Shown: positions 1-9,934 of the stretch, one piece after another
Position numbering within the stretch: the stretch's first letter is position 1
How the letters are laid out: each line of letters starts with the position of its first letter
Virus record (IMG/VR): IMGVR_UViG_3300021400_000004
DNA: 64,000 nt
From: an uncultured virus (IMG/VR IMGVR_UViG_3300021400_000004)
Lineage: Duplodnaviria > Heunggongvirae > Uroviricota > Caudoviricetes
Reading direction: 5' to 3' (one strand)
Notes under the pieces: generated by a model
The model's database searches: none
What the model was told of the DNA's origin: nothing
What the model saw: the letters and a program-made list of their open reading frames with translations, nothing else
Position numbers and translations under genes: made by a program

Positions 1-351
1 TGGATGTTCAGTAAAATAATATTTATCATCATTACTTATTAAATCTGCCATCTTTTGAAAATGTTCATCATCACCTCGTTCAGCTTCAATGTATTGCATC
101 CCAATTTTCCAATGCTTAATAAAACTTTTTCTTACATAAGGAACCATTGTCCAATCTAAGTGTGTAGCAGAAACGCCACCAAACTGTTGTAAACTCTGTA
201 ATTGAAAAATAACAGCAACTAATTGAAAAGCTGTATTAATACTATTTGCAGGACGAACATCAGTTTGTCTTGTATTAAATCCATTTGCAAGTAAATCATC
301 AAAAGGTATTGATAGGCAATTATGCATACCAACCGCATATGAATCTAAATC
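1..351 (-). CDS. nrdD: Anaerobic (class III) ribonucleotide reductase, exon 2 (continues past the window start)
   Basis: Manual translation from 351 gives DLDSYAVGMHNCLSIPFDDLLANGFNTRQTDVRPANSINTAFQLVAVIFQLQSLQQFGGVS. Joining to exon 1 restores the NrdD motif IYIH|DLD. Confidence 0.93.
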
Positions 352-1443
352 CGTTTACTCTTATATTTCTATAAGAACTGACTATCTCTTCATCCTATAT
401 AATAGGATGCTATGCACTTCGAGTAGTGCTAATCTCTACTCTACGGGGCTACACTCATCACCCCTAGTCGATACACCTTTCTATTTTTAAAATTTCTAAT
501 GTTTCTAACCATTTATGTTTATTATAAGTAGGTTTCCAAGTTTTTGCTATTATTTTATCTATAATAGTTCTTGAAATACTAAATTTTTCTTTACAATAAG
601 ACCACAATTCAGTATGTCCTAAACAAGTATATTGTAATTCATTGTTTAAATAAATTTGATATTCATATGGACAAAGACTATTCATCATTTTTTCTTTAAC
701 TTCTTTAGGCATTGGTTTTCCTAAATTTAAGTTTTTTATTCTTTCTAATTCAGCTTCAGTTTTTTGCCTTCCGCGATTAGCTTCTTTTAATTTTTCAATG
801 TGTTCAGGAGTTAATTTTTTACCTAAATTTTTTTCTCTTATTTTTTGTTTAGTTTCTTCTGTGTGGTGTTTGCCATACATAGGATTTAATTTACCAACTC
901 TTTTTTTAGCAGCTTCACTTATTTTACGACTTCTCTCTGGATCATCATATTTTCCAGTATTTCCTCCGCAGCCGCCTTCATGAAAGTTTGTTTTGCATTC
1001 TCCTTTTGCTTTATATTCAGCAATAAGTTTCTTTTCTAAATCCCATGCTTCTTGTTCAGTTAAATTATCAACAAGAATTTCAGAAGTAACATTTTCTTTT
1101 TCTTTATTAACTATGCTTTTAAAAAAATCATTTCTACTTTGTACTTTTTCTTTATATCTTTGTCCCTTGCCTTTTCCAATATGAAAAGTTTCATTAGTAT
1201 CTTTATAATACCATCTATAAACATAAAATTCTTTTTCCATGTTTTCTCCTTTCTAGGTAGAAAACATTCATTTTAAAAATAGACTTGGCTCGGTATTACC
1301 TTATCCTAGAAGGACTTAGGCTCTCTTACTCATATTGATATTACTATCTTCTGAACCGATAGCCAGATTAAATCTGACACCCCTTTTGCTTGGGTTCACA
1401 TAGTACACTAATATTGTTACCAATATTAGGCACAATTTAACTT
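352..1443 (-). mobile_element. Group I intron in nrdD (1092 nt)
   Basis: The 5' exon ends in U (1444) and the intron ends in G (352). P7 strands are ATCGACTAG (~464-472) and AAGAGATAGTCAG (~378-390). Removal gives an in-frame NrdD. Confidence 0.92.
464..1240 (-). CDS. Intron-encoded GIY-YIG homing endonuclease with NUMOD3 repeats
   Basis: N-terminal FYVY...FHIGKG; NUMOD3-like NPMYGKHHTEETKQKI repeats; lies inside the nrdD intron. Confidence 0.85.
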   Translation of the reverse strand: MEKEFYVYRWYYKDTNETFHIGKGKGQRYKEKVQSRNDFFKSIVNKEKENVTSEILVDNLTEQEAWDLEKKLIAEYKAKGECKTNFHEGGCGGNTGKYDDPERSRKISEAAKKRVGKLNPMYGKHHTEETKQKIREKNLGKKLTPEHIEKLKEANRGRQKTEAELERIKNLNLGKPMPKEVKEKMMNSLCPYEYQIYLNNELQYTCLGHTELWSYCKEKFSISRTIIDKIIAKTWKPTYNKHKWLETLEILKIERCID

Positions 1444-1935
1444 ATGAATATAAATTTCATTATTTAGATGATTCTCTTTAGACTTTTTACTCATACAATA
1501 GTCTAAAGCAAAATTTTTCATAATAACAGAATCTGCTTCACCCTTACGCCCGCCAAAACTATGCTCATCAACATTTGCATTTTGGTTATCAATAATTTCT
1601 CCTAATAATTTGCGTTTCATCTGTTGTGTAATTTCACTATTTAAGTTACGTTCTCTATTACGTTGTTCTCTATATAAAACATAAGCTTTAGCCACATCTT
1701 TTCTTTTTGTAGCCATAAGTCCTTTCTCAACCATATTTTGAATTTCTTCAACTGTATATGGTTCTTCAGTTTCTATTGCAGCTTCTTCAATAAAGTCTGC
1801 AATTTTTTCAGCTTTTTGTATTGCGTAATCAGATACGTCTCCATCAACAGAAACAAAAGCTTTAATGATAGCCTCCTCAATTTTATTTTTATTAAAATTA
1901 ACTTGTCTACCATCTCTTTTAATTATTTTTTCCAT
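1444..1935 (-). CDS. nrdD: Class III RNR exon 1 (ATP-cone domain)
   Basis: IIKRDGRQVNFNKNKI ATP cone, NQNANVDEHSFGGR, ends in EIYIH; GGAGG RBS upstream of the ATG at 1935. Confidence 0.92.
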
Positions 1936-1979
1936 ATCTTGTGCCTCCAATTATTTATAAATATTTTAGGAATACTATA

Positions 1980-2019
1980 TATATGAAAAAAGTTACATTA
2001 AAATTCAATAAAATCGTCC
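1980..2019 (-). promoter_or_regulatory. Putative phage-specific bipartite promoter GGAC-N30-CATATA (first of 10 copies)
   Basis: The same motif and spacer start at 2019, 3398, 29399, 35100, 36250, 47731, 50570, 53073, 57852 (TGGC variant) and 60607, always just upstream of a gene. Confidence 0.7.
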
Positions 2020-2582
2020 TGAAGGCTGCGTTCAACTTCTCTTACTATATCATAACCAGTATAGTTATTATTAAAAGTACGATATATTTCGACTTCATTT
2101 TCTATGTTCATAAACATATCTTTATCTGCTAAAAAGCGTCTACATACTTCTTTACAATCAGGATAATTCTCTCTACTTAAACAATGTATTAATCTTTGTT
2201 TATCATCTGTTTTTATATAATAAACTAATACACTAACTTCTTTATTTTCTTGTAGAAGTTTTAATCTTTCTGGATCAATAGCAATTAGATTAATTTTATC
2301 TTCCTTTAAAGATTTTATATTAGTTCCATAATACCAATCTTTAAAATTAACTGCATCCAACATATCTCCATTTAATACATCTTTTGCAAATTCTGCAACT
2401 GTTATAAAATTATAATCTATTTCATCTTTTTCACCCATTCGCGGCGGGCGGGTAGTATCAGATACTACCCTATTAAATCTTACATCATCGCAAAGCTTTT
2501 TTATGATGTAGTCCTTCCCGCAACCGCTCGGGCCTATGAAAGCAACTATGTTAAACATCTTTGTTACCTCTTTCATTTTCAA
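1998..2582 (-). CDS. gmk: Guanylate kinase
   Basis: GPSGCGKD P-loop, TTRPPRMGEKDEIDYNF and YYGT motifs. Confidence 0.9.
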   Translation of the reverse strand: MKMKEVTKMFNIVAFIGPSGCGKDYIIKKLCDDVRFNRVVSDTTRPPRMGEKDEIDYNFITVAEFAKDVLNGDMLDAVNFKDWYYGTNIKSLKEDKINLIAIDPERLKLLQENKEVSVLVYYIKTDDKQRLIHCLSRENYPDCKEVCRRFLADKDMFMNIENEVEIYRTFNNNYTGYDIVREVERSLQDDFIEF

Positions 2583-3327
2583 TCTTTATATTTCCATATT
2601 CATCATAATATTTCCATTGTAATCTAGTTCCATCTTCTAGTTGCCCAGCAGTTTTTCTCTTCCCTGTACAACAATTTGAAATACAAGAATGACAAACATT
2701 ATATTTATTACTTGCTTCTTGTATAGTATCAAAAATTTCATTTGTAGTTAAACAAATTACTTTTTTACTTCTTTTATGCAAAGGTTTTTTATATTTATAA
2801 ATTTTACCTTCTTCATAAAATTCCCAAACCAGTCTATTTCCATCTTTATCTGCTCCAGCAGACTTTGTTATATGTCTACAGCAATTACTAATACCATCTT
2901 TATGAACTCCAGTTTCTTCACTCGCTTGTTTGAGAGAATCATATATTTTTTGTGTATTTACACAAATAACTTTTTTACACCAGATTTTATTAAAAGTTCC
3001 GTTTTCCCAATTTTTTTGGTTATATTTTTTAGCTTCTTCAGAAGTAAAACCAGTTCCACCTTGATGTATATTATATCCATTATTAATAGTATCATAATAC
3101 TTAATTAATTCTCTTTCTTTTTCATCAGCTAATTCTCGTGTTTGAATATTACTTATTAATATAGAATGTTCAAAGTTATCCCATCCATATTTTTGTATAG
3201 CATGATAAAATTTTGGACTATGTTTATATCCTTCTCCATCTCTCCATCTTTCTTCAGGAGATTGACAGGTTTGTCCAATATAACTTTTTCCATTTATTTT
3301 ATTAGTATGTTTATAAATAATCCACAT
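2551..3327 (-). CDS. Free-standing GIY-YIG homing endonuclease with NUMOD1-like repeats
   Basis: IIYKHTNKINGKSYIGQT plus two KKVICxxTxxIxDxxxxAS repeats. The probable start is the ATG at 3327 after a GAGG RBS. Confidence 0.85.
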   Translation of the reverse strand: MWIIYKHTNKINGKSYIGQTCQSPEERWRDGEGYKHSPKFYHAIQKYGWDNFEHSILISNIQTRELADEKERELIKYYDTINNGYNIHQGGTGFTSEEAKKYNQKNWENGTFNKIWCKKVICVNTQKIYDSLKQASEETGVHKDGISNCCRHITKSAGADKDGNRLVWEFYEEGKIYKYKKPLHKRSKKVICLTTNEIFDTIQEASNKYNVCHSCISNCCTGKRKTAGQLEDGTRLQWKYYDEYGNIKIENERGNKDV

Positions 3328-3407
3328 TTTATTTACCTCTTTTCTTTTATTTCTATTATATATTAAAAAGAGGTAAATAAAATTTAAATAAAATGACCAC
3401 GAACTTA

Positions 3408-6400
3408 TCATTTTCCTCTTTCATTTTCAATAATAATTGAGCCATCTTGATTAATCTCATTAATTTTATATATAGTATGACCATTTGTATTACTATAACG
3501 TTTTGCAAAAAATTGGTCATCTCGCCTAAAACCATTTATAATTAACATAGTTCCACGAGTAAACCAACCTTTTTCAGTTACTTTTTTAGTTCCATCAGAT
3601 TGTACTTCACTTAACTGTCTCTTGTACATAGCGTACATATCTCTTGTGAACTTAACAGGTACAACACCTTCAGTTGTTAATAAAGAAATACTATGACGAG
3701 TATCATTTTTACTAATTACTGTTCCTGCAATTCTAAATAACTTAAAGATAGGAATTTCATTTTTACCTCTTTTCCAATATCTTTCTACAATAGGAGTTTC
3801 CTTATAGTCAAAGAAGTTTTCAATACCATATTTTGCTTTATCAAGATTCTTTAATTCATGGTCGTGATAATAAAAACATAATGCGTCCATTTCCCAGTTT
3901 GAAAGATTAGTTTTTTTAATATATTTACTCCACTGTTCTTCAAACAAAGCTGTATTATAAGTTTTTAAAGTTTCTTCTTGATTATCTATAAGCCACTGTC
4001 TAACTTTATTCATATATATATCATAAATTTCTTTTTTCCAAATATCTTTTTGAATAATTGGAGTTCCATTTACAACTTCTATATAATCTTGATTAAAAAT
4101 TGGATCATCTATACTTCTACTTATATAAAAATCATATATATTTTTTGGTGCTAATACATAATATTCAATACGGGTTGATGGATCAATCCATTTATATTGA
4201 TTAAGATGTTTTGTTAATAAATATAATGTTTTTTCAAATTTAAGGTCATCAGGTATAATACCTTTACTTATTAATCCACTTAAATTTGCAAGGTTTAATT
4301 TCTTTTTTGGTTCTGATGTTTGAATAAGATAATATATCATATTTGCATATCTAATTCTATCTTTTTCATCGTCATTAAGTCCAAAAAGTTCTCCTCCACA
4401 ATTATCAAAAGCCCCACCTTTAATTAAAGCAATCATTGCTGGTTTCTTTACCTTAACCTTATTCATAAAATCTTTTATATTTTTATAAGGTCTGTTTCTT
4501 TTTATTTCGTTAATAACCTCTGTATTGACTCCACTTAAAGCTTTTAACCCATACAATATTTGATTATTTTTAACATCAGATTTGAAACCAAAATCTGACT
4601 TATTTATATCTATTAATGATACATTTATATGACGAGATATAATTTCACCTAAAGCCTTAGCTATTTTTGTATAATCAGAATTTTTCTCTTTGGCTTCTAT
4701 ATCTTCATCATCTATATCATTACTTGATTCAAGACTTCCACTATTTACAACTAATACCGCTGTATCCCAATAAATAGGATTCCACTTTGTGGCAATATAT
4801 GCGGTCTGGTATCCAATAAATGAATATGCCAGGGCATGTATATCAGAGAATGAATATCCAAGCTGCGGGCGGGCAACCGCATCCCATTCATAACGTGCAA
4901 CCGAACTATTTTTTGCACTTGCCGCAATCTTTTCTCTTAACTCAGGTATCTTTGACATTTGCTTTTTACCAATGATTTTTCTTGCGGTATTTGCATCTGC
5001 AAGACTAAAATTACAAATGTTTGGATCCATGAGAGTTTTCATTAATTGCTCTTGTGAAATACCAATTCCATAAGATACATTAAGATATTTTCTAAAAGCA
5101 AGTTGCTCATCTAAAGTTAATCCATAATGCTCCATTTCAAGTTCCCACTGCCCTGGATTAGCTTTAAAACGAACATATTTATCCATTGGATTTTCTTCTC
5201 CGTCAGGCGCCATAAGTCTAATCAAACCATTTGTATTACTTAATTCTGTAATGTCTTTTGGTTGAATTTTCTTAATTCCTTGACTTCCAATATCACTATC
5301 AAACTGAAAACAAGCTAATATTTTATTCTCGTCTATATTTTTCCATACCTTTGGATCATTAATATCCATAACCTCTGGATGAAAATATTTATCATAAACT
5401 TCTCTTAAAGTTAAATCATTTTCAATTTCTCCATCCTCTTGAAGAAATTTAATTGCTTGAGCTAACATATCTTGGACTGAAGTCAAAAGAAAATCATATT
5501 TTGTCAATCCCGCTGCTTCACAGTCATGAAGATCATACTGAGTAACGACCTCTCCGTTAGGAGCCTTCATAAAACACCCAAATTCATAAGGATTTTCGTC
5601 AAATAAAATTACTCCTGAAGCATGAATACCTCTTGACTTTATAAGTCCTTCAATTCCTGTTATAATATCAAGAAGTCCAGGATACTTACTAATTTCCTGA
5701 TTAAAAAGTGCAACAGGCTGACGACCTTTATCTCTATTTCCATTTACCATATCTTCAATAGACCAATTAAATCCTCTTTCTACTGGAACTAAACTTGCCA
5801 AATAAGTTCCTACATCTGAATCTATTCCATCTGGATAATCCTGACTTCTATATCCTCTACAAGCAGTTTGAATTGCTGATTTTGCGGTCTCTGTACCAAA
5901 AGTTACAATATGTGTTGCTCCTAAATTCTGTCTTGATAAATCATCTATATCTTTATTAAATTTCGCACCACGTTCCTGTTTAATTTTCTTCATAATAAGC
6001 GGGCGCTTGCTTGGACAAAGATCTAGATCAACATCAGGAAGCTCTATACGATCTTCGTTTAAGTATCTAAAGAAAGGCAATTTCCATTTAATCGGATCAA
6101 GCTGCGTAATACCAAGAAGATAATGGTTTAATCCTGCACATGAAGAACCTCTTCCCGCACCAACTAAACTTCCACAATCCCACATCATATCAATATAATG
6201 CTGAAGTGTAATAGGATATTTAAAAATGTTTGTACCAAGTTTTTCTCCTATTATTTTCTTTACTTTTGCTTCATGCTCAAGTTCAGATAAATATGTGTCA
6301 TTAAGCTTGTCTAATTCTTTTAATTTATCAAGACATTGATTAACCCAATATCTATCGTACTTATCTTCTGACTTTTTCATTTCAGCTAATATAGGATAAC

Positions 6401-7403
6401 CACTTGACATATAAAATTCTTCCCTAGGATACTCTGGTACATCAACTGAGGGAATTGTCTGTGCATGACGTAAATCATAGACCTCAATCTTATTAAATAT
6501 TTCCATACTTGTTTCACAACATTTTTCATAAAATGGCTGTGTAAATTCACCAAAACTTGGAGTCAAATCTTTTATACAGTCTTCTTCTGAATGAAGATAA
6601 GCATACTGATAAAAAGCATCTACTTCTCTATCTCCTTCACTTGAATTAAGATATGACTTATGAACATATCTATCTTCTCTCTTTAAGAAATGAGAATCAT
6701 CTCCTATTACTATTTTTCTATTAAAAAGATTTGCTATTTCAACAATTTTTTTATTTACTTCTATTTGTTCTTTACTTGCGGCGGGCGCAATCTCTAAATA
6801 AAAATCATCACCAAATAAATCTATATTAAAGTTAAGATAATTAATAATATTGTTATATGCAATACTTTCTTGCTCTACATTACCTACTTTCCTTGCATCA
6901 AACATAGATAAAAGATTTATACCTAATTCACTTCCTATACAAGCAGTGGTTGCTATTAAATGACCTGGATTCTTATTAACTTCATTATAAAGTTCGCTTT
7001 TAAGAGTTGGCACTCTTTCTAGTCCTCTATCATAGTAAGAGTTCATCCAAGCATAAGAACTTAATTTTCTTAACTGTTCATGTCCTTCTTTATCTTTTGC
7101 TATTAATATAAAATGAGGATATTTTTGATTTTTATTCCTTTCATCACATAAATAAATCTCATTACCTATTGCAATTTTAAAATCTTTATATTCATCTTGT
7201 AATTTACAAATACGAATAGACTGGGCTATCGTTTCATGATCTGTAACAGCCAATCCCGCAAGTCCAATCTCATATCCTCTTTTAATTAAATTATGAAGTT
7301 GGTTAATGCTATCAACTAAACGAAAGTTAGATGCATCAGTATGATTATGCACGCTAAATCTATTCATCAACATTCTCCTATTCTTTGTATCTTTGAATAT
7401 CAT
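3408..7403 (-). CDS. dnaE: DNA polymerase III alpha subunit (DnaE-like)
   Basis: PHP domain (HNHT, TDHE), GRGS, catalytic PDVDLD, IHASG, C-terminal OB fold; 1331 aa. Confidence 0.95.
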   Translation of the reverse strand: MIFKDTKNRRMLMNRFSVHNHTDASNFRLVDSINQLHNLIKRGYEIGLAGLAVTDHETIAQSIRICKLQDEYKDFKIAIGNEIYLCDERNKNQKYPHFILIAKDKEGHEQLRKLSSYAWMNSYYDRGLERVPTLKSELYNEVNKNPGHLIATTACIGSELGINLLSMFDARKVGNVEQESIAYNNIINYLNFNIDLFGDDFYLEIAPAASKEQIEVNKKIVEIANLFNRKIVIGDDSHFLKREDRYVHKSYLNSSEGDREVDAFYQYAYLHSEEDCIKDLTPSFGEFTQPFYEKCCETSMEIFNKIEVYDLRHAQTIPSVDVPEYPREEFYMSSGYPILAEMKKSEDKYDRYWVNQCLDKLKELDKLNDTYLSELEHEAKVKKIIGEKLGTNIFKYPITLQHYIDMMWDCGSLVGAGRGSSCAGLNHYLLGITQLDPIKWKLPFFRYLNEDRIELPDVDLDLCPSKRPLIMKKIKQERGAKFNKDIDDLSRQNLGATHIVTFGTETAKSAIQTACRGYRSQDYPDGIDSDVGTYLASLVPVERGFNWSIEDMVNGNRDKGRQPVALFNQEISKYPGLLDIITGIEGLIKSRGIHASGVILFDENPYEFGCFMKAPNGEVVTQYDLHDCEAAGLTKYDFLLTSVQDMLAQAIKFLQEDGEIENDLTLREVYDKYFHPEVMDINDPKVWKNIDENKILACFQFDSDIGSQGIKKIQPKDITELSNTNGLIRLMAPDGEENPMDKYVRFKANPGQWELEMEHYGLTLDEQLAFRKYLNVSYGIGISQEQLMKTLMDPNICNFSLADANTARKIIGKKQMSKIPELREKIAASAKNSSVARYEWDAVARPQLGYSFSDIHALAYSFIGYQTAYIATKWNPIYWDTAVLVVNSGSLESSNDIDDEDIEAKEKNSDYTKIAKALGEIISRHINVSLIDINKSDFGFKSDVKNNQILYGLKALSGVNTEVINEIKRNRPYKNIKDFMNKVKVKKPAMIALIKGGAFDNCGGELFGLNDDEKDRIRYANMIYYLIQTSEPKKKLNLANLSGLISKGIIPDDLKFEKTLYLLTKHLNQYKWIDPSTRIEYYVLAPKNIYDFYISRSIDDPIFNQDYIEVVNGTPIIQKDIWKKEIYDIYMNKVRQWLIDNQEETLKTYNTALFEEQWSKYIKKTNLSNWEMDALCFYYHDHELKNLDKAKYGIENFFDYKETPIVERYWKRGKNEIPIFKLFRIAGTVISKNDTRHSISLLTTEGVVPVKFTRDMYAMYKRQLSEVQSDGTKKVTEKGWFTRGTMLIINGFRRDDQFFAKRYSNTNGHTIYKINEINQDGSIIIENERGK

Positions 7404-7424
7404 TTTGCACTTTCTTATATTATA

Positions 7425-7453
7425 ATTATAACAAATTTTATGTAAAATGTCAA
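7425..7453 (-). promoter_or_regulatory. Sigma-A-type promoter (representative of a family of about 20)
   Basis: TTGACA-17 nt-TATAAT with an extended -10 TG, upstream of dnaE. Confidence 0.85.
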
Positions 7454-7628
7454 TCTTTTTGTCTTTTATCTATTTCTTTGGCTAAAGCTATGTAATATTG
7501 AAAATCTGCCTTATCAATATTAATACCTTGTTCATATAATCTTTTCTTAATATTACTAATTGCATTTAATAATTCACTATATGTTAATTGTTCTATATTT
7601 TCATATACTATTGGAGTCATATAATCAC

Positions 7629-8816
7629 CTACCTTAATAAAACAACTTTATCACTCGCACGAGTCACAGTTGTGTAGAGCCATCTGGCGTGCTCTTCTTT
7701 AGCAAAAGGAAAGCCTTCTTCATAAACAACTACATTAGACCAAGAACTGCCTTGCGACTTATGTCCTGTAATAGCGTATCCGTATGTAAATTCAAGCGGG
7801 ACTAAAGATTGTGTTCTAATATCTCTATTAAGTCTATACTCAATTTTCCAAGACAAACTTTTTTCTCCTTCAAGAATAAGCTTTTTATCCATATTTAAAT
7901 GACCAAAATCTTCATTTACTTCATTAATAAAATTAGCATTTATAATAGATATATCTCTTATACTTGACCAATAAGGTAAATTAAAAAAAGTTTCATAACT
8001 ATCTTTAAGATAACCTATGGTGCCATTAACTAAAGGATTGTCTTTATCAGAAAAAACTTCCCAATAATTTCTTAAACAAATTACTTTGTCACCATCTTCA
8101 GGTTTATTACCTCTTCCTAATTCTTGTCTCATAGCTTGATTAAATTTAATACGAGTCGCGTTCGTTGCTACTAAAACCTGATCGCCCCACATTAAAACAT
8201 TCATCGTTAAATCTTTTTGAGGTAATATCATAACTTCTTTATTTTGGAACATATTTGCTGAAAAAGATTCAAAATTTCTTATCTTTGTAGCTAATTGTAT
8301 AATCTCTGATTCAGCTGCCTGCCGCATAATTTCATCTAAAAATATATGTGGATTATCAAGAAGATGATTATCAGCATCTTTATCTATTGGAGGAAGCTGA
8401 AAAGGATCTCCTAAACAAATTACATGAACATTATGTTTAAAAAGCATATCCATCATTTGCTTTGGAGCCATAGATACCTCATCTACGATAATAATTTTAT
8501 AAGGTATCTCAGTTTTTGGTTTTCTTATCCAACCTCCTGTTGCTTTTGGAATACTTTCATATAATAATCTATGTAATGTACTTACATTTTTATTTCCCAT
8601 ATTAAGTAATACTTGACAAGCTTTTCCAGTATAACAAGCATAGCATACATCTTCTTCTTCATCTATTCCAAAATAAGATAAAGCTTCAATAATAAAACGA
8701 ACAAGAGTTGACTTACCGCTTCCAGCAAAACCTGATATTACAGTACATTTTTCATGGTTTCTATATCTTTCTATTGCAATTTTAAGTCCTTCTTCTTGCT
8801 TCTTTGTTAATTCCAT
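7629..8816 (-). CDS. RecD/Dda-like SF1B helicase
   Basis: GFAGSGKS Walker A, DEVSM, GDPFQLPPI, MRQ, YAITGHKSQGS and YTTVTRA motifs. Confidence 0.9.
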   Translation of the reverse strand: MELTKKQEEGLKIAIERYRNHEKCTVISGFAGSGKSTLVRFIIEALSYFGIDEEEDVCYACYTGKACQVLLNMGNKNVSTLHRLLYESIPKATGGWIRKPKTEIPYKIIIVDEVSMAPKQMMDMLFKHNVHVICLGDPFQLPPIDKDADNHLLDNPHIFLDEIMRQAAESEIIQLATKIRNFESFSANMFQNKEVMILPQKDLTMNVLMWGDQVLVATNATRIKFNQAMRQELGRGNKPEDGDKVICLRNYWEVFSDKDNPLVNGTIGYLKDSYETFFNLPYWSSIRDISIINANFINEVNEDFGHLNMDKKLILEGEKSLSWKIEYRLNRDIRTQSLVPLEFTYGYAITGHKSQGSSWSNVVVYEEGFPFAKEEHARWLYTTVTRASDKVVLLR

Positions 8817-9061
8817 TAATCATGCTCTCCTATTGCTTCGTCTAATATTTCACAAAATCTCATTATATCTCTTCGTGCGCTACTCTGATAAAAAGTTTTC
8901 TCTCTACTTTTGTCTAATAACCATTCATAATCTGCCATTTTTTCTCTTGCTATCATATATCTATAAACAAGAGAGTCATACATGTATCCTTTAATATGTT
9001 TATTACTAATATCTTTAATAAAATCTTCTGATTCATGTATAGTTGTATTAACCGTTCCCAT
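8816..9061 (-). CDS. Hypothetical protein
   Basis: ORF with RBS, downstream of a sigma-A promoter, translationally coupled to the helicase. Confidence 0.6.
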   Translation of the reverse strand: MGTVNTTIHESEDFIKDISNKHIKGYMYDSLVYRYMIAREKMADYEWLLDKSREKTFYQSSARRDIMRFCEILDEAIGEHD

Positions 9062-9129
9062 GTATATTCACCTTTCTTATTAATTTATATAATAATTATA
9101 ATATATTTTTTTATAAAAATCAATAAAAA

Positions 9130-9390
9130 GTAAAATTGGAGCAGAAAAAACGAAAACCAATTTTGGTTTTAAATTACGTTTGTCTCCGCCCCAATAAACT
9201 ATATGTATAATTACCCCAACTCCATTATACTCTATTCTTCGCCCAAAAATTATCACTACCTAATAGGTAGGAGAATATGCCCATAATATGCAGTTTACCA
9301 CTATATCCTAACGCTTAGGACCCCAGGGGGCTCGAACCCCTTCACTGCAAGTTATCCTCAACGGCGCCCCGCAGCATCTAGGAATATAAC
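9130..9390 (-). ncRNA. Putative structured RNA with a permuted tRNA-like domain
   Basis: T-arm AGGGG-TTCGAGC-CCCCT, a closed hairpin and a D-loop-like AGTGGTA, all inside a TGCAGT/ACTGCA stem; long G-U-containing 3' stem. Confidence 0.6.
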
Positions 9391-9399
9391 AGATTTATT

Positions 9400-9924
9400 T
9401 TATAATTGTTCAAAGATTAATTTTTCAGGTAATATATCTTTACAGATATAAATACTTGCAAAAGCAACACCCTTCTGAACTTCTTTCATATCTTTATCTC
9501 TATAATAATTAATTCGTTTGTCAAATATCAATGCTTGACAATCTTTTAAATATTCAAATCTCTTTTGACCTTGTAAAGTTGGTAAAGGAAGCAACATAGC
9601 AAAAGGTTTATTTAATTCACTAAGTCGCTTTAATACCATATCTTTAATACTAAAAGGTGGATTTGAAATAATATAATTATATTCTTCATCTGGTTCATAC
9701 TCGAAAAAGTTCTGTCCAGTATCAATATGTGTTGATATTACTTTTATTCCATTTCTTTCAAATACTTCTACATATTTACTCTGCCCTTTTATATCAAAAG
9801 GACACCATACTGTTTTATCTTTACCTATGTATTTAACTATTGGTAAAACAGCTTCTTCAGGAGTAAAAGTCTCATCTGAAGCTTTATCTGTTTTTGCAGT
9901 TAAATATCCAACATTTAATGCCAT
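9400..9924 (-). CDS. Putative N6-adenine methyltransferase (phage family)
   Basis: DETFTP, VWCPFD and catalytic ISNPPFS motifs. Confidence 0.75.
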   Translation of the reverse strand: MALNVGYLTAKTDKASDETFTPEEAVLPIVKYIGKDKTVWCPFDIKGQSKYVEVFERNGIKVISTHIDTGQNFFEYEPDEEYNYIISNPPFSIKDMVLKRLSELNKPFAMLLPLPTLQGQKRFEYLKDCQALIFDKRINYYRDKDMKEVQKGVAFASIYICKDILPEKLIFEQL

Positions 9925-9934
9925 GTTTCACTCC

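Noticed and set aside
2551..3411. Group I intron around the GIY-YIG gene between dnaE and gmk
   Set aside because: Both neighbours look complete and there is no room or motif for a ribozyme core, so the gene is free-standing.
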